Assembly (NCBI GenBank): GCA_973895155.1
Contig: OZ316892.1
Span: 20,521,519 to 20,585,518 of the forward strand
Length of the DNA: 64,000 bases
Source: Marsupella aquatica
Lineage: Eukaryota; Plantae; Marchantiophyta
Direction: 5' to 3'
The position numbers were made by a program, and so were the translations under genes. Position 1 is the first letter of the stretch, and each line of letters opens with the position of its first letter. The notes beneath the pieces are model-generated. The model worked only from the letters and a program-made list of their open reading frames with translations, was not told the DNA's origin and made no database searches. Of this stretch, positions 51,332 to 60,011 are shown piece after piece.

Positions 51332-52441
51332 CTACACCTCAAGGAATGAGCCAAGATCAAGTGCCGGAGCTTCATGTTCAACTTCATCCTCTTCATCCTC
51401 ATCATTGTCGTTCTCCTCCGCCGTTGTAATGATGCAAGTTCCAGTGGTCAGGGTGCTCGTAGTACCACCAATAGGTGGTTGAACCTCGAAGCTCATGGGT
51501 CCTGTACCCTCCTCTGTTGCTTCATCATTCAAGTCCCACGATTCATCCAGCGTGACAAGTTGGGTCCGGATACAATCCACCTGGCTTGAACTGAGCTCCA
51601 CGGCTGTCACCAGACGTTTCTCTAACAAGGCAGCGCATGAGGTCAAACCACTCCCCGCACATAAATCAGCAACCCAATCCCCGGCTTCACTAAAATGTTG
51701 AATGAACCAATCTGCTAGAGCTATCGGCTTCTGGTAAGGGTTCACTATTTCCCCCAATGGTGTTACACATTTCTTTCTAACACAAGAGACTTTTATGATG
51801 TTTACCCTTTTCTCATCATGTTCAAAATTGTACATGTCTCTGGTCCTAATACCACTCTCGTGATAATATCCGATTGACCAATTTTCAAAAGCCCAAGCCA
51901 ATCGATTCCCTGAAGGATGAGCATGTACATTTGGCTTCTCCCAAATTCCAGCCTCTACACCTGCATTACAAGTTTTTCCCAGGGCATTCATCACAGACCA
52001 AGTTTGCTGCAAAGAGTGAATCACAACAAACCTCCACATCTTTGAACTTGTCACCTTGGCAAAACACTTCACCATATCCACAATATCACTCTCTGAAAAT
52101 GGGACCTCATCATTTTCAGAGCCTGGCGCATTGAATCCATAGGGAATGTCTGCAATTGCAAGTGTGTAATTCCTTTTCTCTACAAACTTATCCAGCGCCC
52201 TGACATCTCCACAATGCAATGTATATCTGATGAAATTTCCATCAGCGTTTTTCCATCGATGGTCACTCGACTCTGCTTCAACCGTTTCAATCCCACGACG
52301 ACGGTTGTAGTTCTCAATCGCTTCTTGAACATAATTCTTAAACCCCGGGGGAATAACACTCAAAGTCAGCTCCTCCGAAGGCTTCTCAACCGCATCGGCA
52401 CCAACTGCATCTTTGTTCTTCTTCTTCGAAAAAGCTTTCAA
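51332..52441 (-). CDS. Beta-class N4-cytosine/N6-adenine DNA methyltransferase domain (exon)
   Basis: LHCGDV, then motif IV ADIPYG (52139-52150), WEKPN, NPYQKPIAL, then motif I VADLCAGSG (about 51647-51667), AALLEKRLVTAVEL. Catalytic-before-SAM-binding order defines the beta class. Confidence 0.82.
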   Translation of the reverse strand: MKAFSKKKNKDAVGADAVEKPSEELTLSVIPPGFKNYVQEAIENYNRRRGIETVEAESSDHRWKNADGNFIRYTLHCGDVRALDKFVEKRNYTLAIADIPYGFNAPGSENDEVPFSESDIVDMVKCFAKVTSSKMWRFVVIHSLQQTWSVMNALGKTCNAGVEAGIWEKPNVHAHPSGNRLAWAFENWSIGYYHESGIRTRDMYNFEHDEKRVNIIKVSCVRKKCVTPLGEIVNPYQKPIALADWFIQHFSEAGDWVADLCAGSGLTSCAALLEKRLVTAVELSSSQVDCIRTQLVTLDESWDLNDEATEEGTGPMSFEVQPPIGGTTSTLTTGTCIITTAEENDNDEDEEDEVEHEAPALDLGSFLEV

Positions 52442-52527
52442 CTGCAAATGCAAAATTGTTAAAAGAATCCAGAGAAAAGACAATGGGGAGAACCATTTGG
52501 GATTTCAAACAATCAAATCTGGACGAC

Positions 52528-53050
52528 GAATGCGACATGGGATACCCCTTATCCCACTTCGCATTCGACCAAGCAAAAACCACATTGAAACGTCACCAAC
52601 GTCAAATAACCACAAGTAAATCCGAGATGGGATACCCCGTATCCCACTTCGCATTCGACCAAGCAAAAACCACATTGAAACGTCACCAACGTCAAATAAC
52701 CACAAGTGAATCCGAGATGGGATACCCCGTATCCCACTTCGCATTTGACCAAGCAAAAACCACATTGAAACGTCACCAACGTCAAATAACCACAAGCGAA
52801 TCCAAGATATATGGGATACGGCGTATCCCACTTCGCATTCCACCGGGCAAAAACCACACTGATACATCAACGTCAAATAACCACAAGTGAATCCGAGATA
52901 AGATACCGCGTATCCAACTTCGCATTCGACCAAGCAAAAACCTCATTGAAACATCACGAACATCAAATAAACACAAGTGAATCCGAGATGGGATACGCCG
53001 TATCCCACTTTGCATTCGACAGCGCAAAAACCTCATGGAAACATCATAAA
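52528..53050. repeat. Six about 90-bp tandem units containing the GGGATAC-N3-GTATCCC palindrome, inside predicted intron 52442-53099
   Basis: Units start at about 52528, 52618, 52708, 52798, 52889 and 52979. Confidence 0.9.
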
Positions 53051-53099
53051 CGTCAAATAAATCCGAGAAAAGTCCAATCAATGGAAGGGGAGAACATAC

Positions 53100-55057
53100 C
53101 ATATTGGACAACTTCCCACTCCATCTTTCGAGCTCGGCAGATTCTGTTTCTTTCGGAAACATTTGTTTGCAAGTCGCCCAGTCTGGCTGCCCTGATAACT
53201 GAACAAAAAGCTTGCTGATTTTCACTAGTTTCTTGTAACTCTCGGCTTCTTTTGCCATCTGCTCCAAAGAGATCATCCGGTCCTTCACTCGTAGAAGAAG
53301 GGACTCCAAAAATCGGTCGTGTTCAATTCCCTGAATTGCTCTCCAAGGTGTCAGGGTAAGGCCCCCTGCAAGCTTATTCAAAGCTTTTGGAATCGACTGC
53401 GCTTTTCCTTTTTTCTTGAGTTTCTTGATCGGTGACTTCTGCTTATTCTGCCCTTTGATCTCCAACTTGTTCCACATCTCAAAGATCTGGTCTTGGAGTT
53501 CCCAGACCTTACCCGACCTAAATGCAATTTGGAAGAGAGGTTCATGCTTCTTTAGGCTTGTGGCATCCCCCGGAAAAAACCCGTCGAGGCAAACCTCCAT
53601 CGCACACGCTTCTCTAGTCTCCTTGGTTTTTGCCATACCTCTGGCAAGGAAAATCTTATGCATTGTTCGGATTTGATCAATGTTGTTCATTTTTTTCCTG
53701 TACTCCTGATCAATATTATGTTGGATGCTAAGTTTCTGAATGTCCTCCCTTGTGAGACCAGCATACACCCAAGCTTGCAGTTCATTGAAGATCTCTCTCC
53801 CATAAGCCTGATACAATTCTCTCTTAGCCCGAGCACCGTGATTACCTCCAATCACTCGATATCTCCAGCTCGTTGCCTTTTCTGGATCCCAGTCTGTCAC
53901 TGTCGGGCAGTCTTCGGGGATCACAAACAAGACAAATGGCGTGGTGAAATTTGTTGGATTCATTTTCATCAAAGTCTTGATGTTCTCCACATGCAAGCGA
54001 TCTACTGTTCGAACCAACGTTGAGTTCTTGTCGTCAATATTGTCAACAAGAAGCAGGTTAGTTGTTTTCAGAATAACAGTTGTCTTCTGAACTCTCTTGG
54101 TCTCCATCAACCAAGACACTTCTTTACGAACCACAAGTGTCTCTTCCCGCTGCAAAGCTGTGGTGATATCTGTTGAATCGTTTTTCTTTTCTTTCACAGC
54201 ACCCCTAGATGATAGAGAAGGCCCACCTGACGAAGTTGAAGGAATCTGAGACGGTGTCTGTGAAATTGGTGGGACCAAAGATGAGACACACTTCCGGGTA
54301 CAGATGGTGCGCGCTTCTGGATGTCACGTCGATCCAGTTTCTTCTTGCCAGCAGCTTCTCCTGACACCGCTGCTTTAGAACCTTCCCCGGAGAGTTGATC
54401 TGCAAGCTTCCTTTTTGCCGGTTCCTTAAAAGAACCTGTGGCAGATTTCTCCTTTGTCGTGGGCGTTCCAGACATCTCCCCTGACTTTGAAGCCGGATCG
54501 GTAGGCTTCGTCACTTTCAACTTCAGAGGACGCTCTTTGATGCCAAAGTCGGCTCCAACGACGGACCTATATGCTACCTTGGTAAAATCCTCAACAACCC
54601 TCCAAGACTTCAAGACAAATTTCAAACACCAATAAGAAAAGTCCTCAATCTCCGGCACTTCCAAAATTAGCTTGCAGATCGGGTCATCAGGAAATGTGTT
54701 CATCGAGACCCGATCGAGTTTCTCGTAGTTGAGGACAACTACAATGAAGTCATTATTCGGAAGAATGCAAAGGTACATCGGAATCTTCTTCGGCTGTTTG
54801 GTTTTTGCGTCGGTGATATCTGCCTCCGTAGTGTCCACGACTAATCCATAATGGCAATGGTCTTTACCCTTAACTATAACCAGCCATACCGCTGGACCGT
54901 CATAGGCTCTGTGAATATCCATCGCCCGGGCATCCCTAAAGTACCACCTATTCCGAACGAGTTTCTCCTCAGTGTAAAGGTCCTTCTTCCAAATCTCATC
55001 GACGATAGATGTCCGTGAAGATTCGGTCAAACCAGGCGACTTTGATTTGTTCGACAT
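53100..55057 (-). pseudogene. N-terminal exon of the cargo gene, including a ParB/Srx-like domain
   Basis: ATG at 55057 (MSNKSKSPG) and a frame change near 54285. Motifs LVRTVDRLHVENIK..PFVLFV..YRVIGGNHGARA..WVYAGL..HN. Donor ATG|GTATGT at 53099. Confidence 0.62.
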
Positions 55058-55124
55058 GTTCCTGTAAAAGATTGACACAGAACCACGGCGTAAACATACA
55101 ATAGTTGAACTGCCTTGAGTCATA

Positions 55125-55560
55125 CAAAACACGAAAAATAGGGAGTTGAATGCGAAATGGGATACGCGGTATCCCACATCGCATCCAACATCAACAATTG
55201 CCTCGAGTCTGATACAAAACAAAAAAAATAGGGAGTTGAATGCGAAATGGGATACGCTGTATCCCACATCGCATCCAACATCAACAATTGCCTCAAGTCT
55301 GACACAAAACACAAAAAATAGGGAGTTGAATGCGAAATAGGATATGCGGTATCCCACATCGCATCCAACATCAACAATTGCCTCGAGTCCGATACAAAAC
55401 ACTAAAAATAGGGAGTTGAATGCGAAATGGGATACGCGGTATCCCACATCGCATCCAACATCAACAATTGCCTCAAGTCTCACACAAAACACGAAAAATA
55501 GGGAGTTGGATGCGAAATGGGATACGAGGTATCCCTGTTCGTATCCAACATCATCCACTC
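55125..55560. repeat. Five 90-bp tandem units containing the same palindrome
   Basis: GGGAGTTG(A/G)ATGCGAAAT... recurs at 55141, 55231, 55321, 55411 and 55501. Confidence 0.92.
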
Positions 55561-56245
55561 GGCTCTTTTTGCAATGATCCTGCGCAAAGGCGCTAAACCC
55601 TAAGCATCAGGAATAAAATACCATAGAGATGTAGTTGAATCCGAAATGGGATACGCGGTATCCCATTTTGTATTCAAAGTCAAACAGCCAGGAGGTTCCG
55701 ATGGAATACTAAAAAGAGGGTGTTGGATGCGAGATGGGATACGCGGTATCCCATCTCGTATTCAACATTGAAAAGTTCTGTTCTTCGAACAAAAGGGCAA
55801 AGAATAGGCGTATCCCGCTCAGGATTCAACAAGGAAGTGCGCCAAGGAGGGCAGCATTTCTTGAGGCTTTACCTGTTTTTTTGTTTCGATTCGAGCAAAT
55901 ACGAAAAGCTATGGAGATGTTGAGGGCCGAGAAAAACGCGGAGGCAAACAAAGTTGAGAAGGAAAAGAAATGAGCGTGCACTTTCTGACCAGGCACTGCT
56001 ATTTATACTTTATCACCTTCGTATCCACAGGCAATAAGGTGTATCCAAAGGCGGAGGGTTGGAGTCCGGGTCTATTTATACTTTTTTCGCTTGATAGGAC
56101 TTTGTTTCTGACTAGATTTAGATTAGGCATATCCCCAAGTCCTTGGATTAAACCAAATAGATTTTACGCTTAGCGAATGGGGTTGATGTAAGGGTAGAAT
56201 CACAAAACTCTTTATTCATCCGGAATTGTGCCACAAAATAAAGCT

Positions 56246-56833
56246 CTAAGCTTCCCCATACATTTCCAAGAGCCTTGCTTGCTCATCTTTCTCAAGATTG
56301 TGCCAGTCTTCTTGAAATCGATTTAGGTCAGACCTTGAAAATAAACCTAAGAAATTGATTGGAGGAAGATTCGGTGTTTCCATCCTAACAAAAGCTTCAA
56401 TATGAACATTTTGAAGGGGTTTTCCATCGGGAATGCTTGTCAGCATTTCATTTACTTCCTCAAACTGGCTTCTTGCTAGTCTAAGAATACCCCAGACTTG
56501 TGTACAAATTACGAGCTGGTTCCATTTCTTGGAGGTGCATCCAAGCCACACCATGGTTTTTAATCGCATCAATCTTTCATCAGCTTGGTTCTTGGAGGAA
56601 TCAAATTCATCCTCTGTACAACAAACTTTCAAAATGGGCCAAATGAATGTTTCAACAATCTCATCAGGAAGTCCATCCAAAAGCAATCTGGATTCCCTTT
56701 GGCCACTTTTCTGCTGAATTTGTTTCTTCTCTTTGTCGAATGACATCGCTAACCTTGTAAAGATAGGGTTCTCAGTGACAGCCATTCCAAAATAAGAGTG
56801 GATACCTGGAGTAATAAATGAGATGGTGAGCAC
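56246..56833 (-). CDS. F-box-like protein (transposon cargo)
   Basis: LLDGLPDEIVETFIWPIL ... LGCTSKKWNQLV resembles the F-box consensus with an internal insertion. Confidence 0.55.
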   Translation of the reverse strand: MLTISFITPGIHSYFGMAVTENPIFTRLAMSFDKEKKQIQQKSGQRESRLLLDGLPDEIVETFIWPILKVCCTEDEFDSSKNQADERLMRLKTMVWLGCTSKKWNQLVICTQVWGILRLARSQFEEVNEMLTSIPDGKPLQNVHIEAFVRMETPNLPPINFLGLFSRSDLNRFQEDWHNLEKDEQARLLEMYGEA

Positions 56834-56960
56834 TTTTTCAGCAACCTACAAAACAGTGATGGAAAAACTGATTTTATTTCTTTGATCAAGAGAAAAATAT
56901 AATCACAAAATTTTTGACCCAAGAACGTTCACCTAAACACTACACACTAATCAAGAAGAT

Positions 56961-57287
56961 TCAACGCAATAAGTTAACCCAAGGATCTTTGTTCCAAATC
57001 CGACAACACAAATATGCTAATCGATGATATTTGTTTCGGGCATCACGACAATAATTACAAGAAGAATTAACAGAGTGCAGACAACCACTCAAACATATTC
57101 TCGACTGAATTGGAACTCCGTCTTCATTTTTTTCACAAAACTCTATTCGGAGTGGATTCAAACTATCATGCGGATCCACGCCTCCCGTCCATAGCGCTCC
57201 TAATCCAGGACGGAGAACTTTGAGTGAAACTAATCACTTATACAATCGACGAGCACGTTTCTCACGGTTTTGATTCTGGACCGCCAT
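56961..57287 (-). pseudogene. Small Cys-rich ORF with one internal stop
   Basis: MAVQNQNREKRARRLYK*LVSL...CLSGC..CNYC..LCC in one frame; function unknown. Confidence 0.35.
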
Positions 57288-57444
57288 TAGACTCACAAGA
57301 GAAAACGTCGTTTTTCCTGGAAAGAAAAAGCTTGAGTCACTGAAAGGCAGCAAGAGCTTCAGTGCGTGTTTAGTTGAACTTCGCCTGCGAAACAATCAGC
57401 AATCCATAAGGTTTTTCCCATGACAAGAAAACTCTAGTGAGATA

Positions 57445-57922
57445 ACAAAAGATACCCCGTATCCCACTTTGCATCCAACCTCCTTTTTTAGCTAAAGAGA
57501 GACCAAATCTGGATATTTGAAGGTTGAATCCCAAACGGGATGCGCCGTATCCCATTTCGCATTCAACGTTGAGGTTTTGACATTTGGAGGCTAAGATACT
57601 TCATATTCGGAGGTCGGATGCGATATGGGATACCCCGTATCCCACTTCGCATCCAACCTCCTTTTCTCATTGAAGAGAAAAAAAAACTGGACATTTGAAG
57701 GGTGAATCCCAAACGAGATACGTCGTATCCCATTTCGCATTCAACGTTGAGGTTTTGACATTTGGAGGTTAAGATACTTCATATTCGGAGGTTGGATGCG
57801 ATATGGGATACCCCGTATCCCACTTCGCATCCAACCTCCTTTTTCAACTAAACAGAAACAGAAATTGGATATTTGAAGGTTGAATCCCAAACGGGATACG
57901 CCGTATCCCATTTGGGATTCGT
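57445..57922. repeat. Six palindrome copies at about 89-bp spacing (about 178-bp dimer unit)
   Basis: Copies at about 57450, 57523, 57613, 57702, 57791 and 57878. Confidence 0.88.
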
Positions 57923-58389
57923 CCTCACCATTTGCATGAAGATTCTCACCTGTTAGTCAAATCTGATTTTCGGGAAATACAAGTTTGTATAGACGGTGGG
58001 CATTCGTCGAGAGGAAGAGGATAGTGAGCGAGGAAAAATGAGCGGAAAATTTTCAAGCGAGGATCTCCTATTTATAGTTTTTGACCTGACCGTGGTTATT
58101 ATTTGACTGCAGTTGCAGCGTAGTTGGTTAAATGTTACCGTTGAGAAGAATCGTTTGGGAATATTCTTAACGGGTAAAACAACATCGGCACTTTTATTGC
58201 GTTTGTTTTGTTTTTTTTTGGAATTCCGCGGTTGGATCCGAAATGAGATACGCCGTATCCCATCTTCGTATTCACTTCGATTTTTCCCGTTTTTCAAAAC
58301 CGAAAATCTAGTTTTTAGGGGGAATACTAATTCTGTATCCAAGACTTTTTGCCTTAGAAACTTTTTTCGCCGCGGGCAAAACGAGAAGT

Positions 58390-58424
58390 GTGGTCACACT
58401 TCTCGTTTGATCCGTCACTGTGTT
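58390..58424 (-). repeat. Right TIR of the Sola-like element
   Basis: GTGGTCACACTTCTCGTTTGATCCGTCACTGTGTT, the inverse of 35368-35402. Confidence 0.92.
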
Positions 58425-59584
58425 GAAGATGTGGGCGGGGATGCTGACTATGTAGAGGCTTCAATGATTATGTTGCGAGGTACGCAGAACACAATGTGAA
58501 GCCAGGGATCAACCATGATCGTGATGTCACTAAACTTATTTCTGACATCCAAAAGCAGGCATTCGAAGCTCAAAAGAAATTGCCAAACACATCTGTTGGC
58601 ATAAGAGGAGCCCAAGAAAATATTGAAAATTTCAGTCCGGGAGAGTGGTGGCATGCATATGGAGCTGATTACAAGGATCTAAGGATCATGGCTAGGAAAA
58701 TCACTCACCAACAAATGTGCGCATCATCATGCGAACGGAATTGGAGTTCGTATGGATTTATACATTCAAAAATTCGTAACAGGTTGACCAATGATCGGGC
58801 AAAAGATTTAGTGTTTGTATTCACGAATACGCGAGTGGAAAAAGGACTTACAAAGGTCCGAAACCCCCAAACGTTCATCTACAAACGTTATGATGAAAGA
58901 AGAGCAAGAAATGATGCACCTAGATCATCCCCCACTGAAGCCTTCCAGAACGAGGAGCATGATGCAAGAAGTGCGGGTCAGGGGGAGGAAGATGTCGATG
59001 ATTTTGATACAATTGATGACGCCAATGAGGCGTTGCAAGGATTGTCATTGCAATGTGATAGTGAGGTATTGACTCGTATTCCACCGGATACTGAGGATAG
59101 TAATGCGGGTGAATGGGAGGATGATACTGATTACTTGATGTTTCCTACGATTGACGAGTCTCAAGTCCAAGATGATGAGGAGTACTCATTGCATACAGGC
59201 TTTGATATGCATTCCCAACCAAACCCATCTTTCACTTTTCCAAGATTGAATGTCCACCGTGATCACCTAGCATTTCAACAAGGAAGTGACATACCAAAGC
59301 ATCATTTGGAGGGAACTACTTCTGCCTTTTATGCACAACATGATGAACTACAACGCCGAACACTACATAATGATGCACAGTGGGGACAAACAGTTACTCC
59401 AGCAGTCAATGTCACGAACCCATACCCATCATACACGCATGCTCGTGTCGTTCAACAATCTCATGACAATGACAATTCGCATAATCATTACCCATTTCCA
59501 TGGGCCAATCGACATCATGAATTTGATGGACTCATGCAACGAAATCAGAACAATATGACGAGGGATTACTCCTCACAGCCTTGA
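58425..59584 (+). pseudogene. hAT transposase, C-terminal part (dimerisation domain and acidic tail)
   Basis: PGEWWHAYG..L...ARKI..ASSCERNWSSYGFIHSKIRNRL..DLVFV. A 1-nt frameshift near 58460 separates it from the rejoined upstream frame. Confidence 0.93.
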
Positions 59585-60011
59585 TATGTTTTGTGATTAG
59601 TACAGGATGATATCTGTCAATTGTAATTTTTGAAGTATAATACATATTTTTTTCCCACTTTCAATGGCTTTGGTGCTTGGTTTTACTCTTGCTTGCTCTA
59701 TATTTGAATGTATTTTTTTGAAATAATCACCACCACATTACAGCAGCAATCGCTGAATTCATATCTCCACGCAAAAGATTCACCGAGTGTAAAAATGAAG
59801 TTTAATAAATATATGTTTTCAACTTTCAAGGACATGCCCATGAAAATCTCTGTGGTGCAGCCGATACTATATATGAATAATATGATCTAATGTCTAGAAA
59901 CTATCCTATGCGGCCAATACTATAGAAAATGAGTATAGTACAACTAGGTAAGCGTACACGATCAAAAATGTATGAATATGCAAATAACAAATATTTTGGT
60001 ATCTTCCTCTC

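Larger units (their letters stand above)
35368..58424 (+). mobile_element. Large Sola1-like DNA transposon with cargo genes (about 13.8 kb without the nested P-like element)
   Basis: 35-bp TIRs at 35368-35402 and 58390-58424 (33/35 match) and 4-bp TSD GAAG (35364-35367, 58425-58428). Removing it rejoins the hAT frame (YFFDEDE-DVGGDADYVEA). Encodes a Sola-type transposase. Confidence 0.85.
32341..59584 (+). mobile_element. hAT DNA transposon (outer element; left end approximate, right end not found in window)
   Basis: hAT transposase split by a nested element, preceded by GC-rich subterminal-type repeats. The left end is tentatively placed at CAGG (32341). Confidence 0.7.

Noticed and set aside
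52456-53099. ORFs across the 52.5-53.0 kb repeats
   Set aside because: They lie in a predicted GT-AG intron and simply mirror the repeat units.
51332-54278. Bacterial or phage contamination as the source of the ParB-MTase
   Set aside because: The domains are separated by spliceosomal-type introns and lie between TIRs that interrupt a plant hAT gene with a clean TSD. Read-level confirmation is still advisable.
55058-55577. Repetitive N-terminal extension of ORF 54194-55558 and overlapping ORFs
   Set aside because: Translation of the 90-bp DNA repeats; the plausible start is the ATG at 55057.
52528-57922. CRISPR-like arrays (palindromic repeats at regular spacing)
   Set aside because: Linkers are near-identical within each array rather than unique spacers, there are no cas genes, and the context is eukaryotic.
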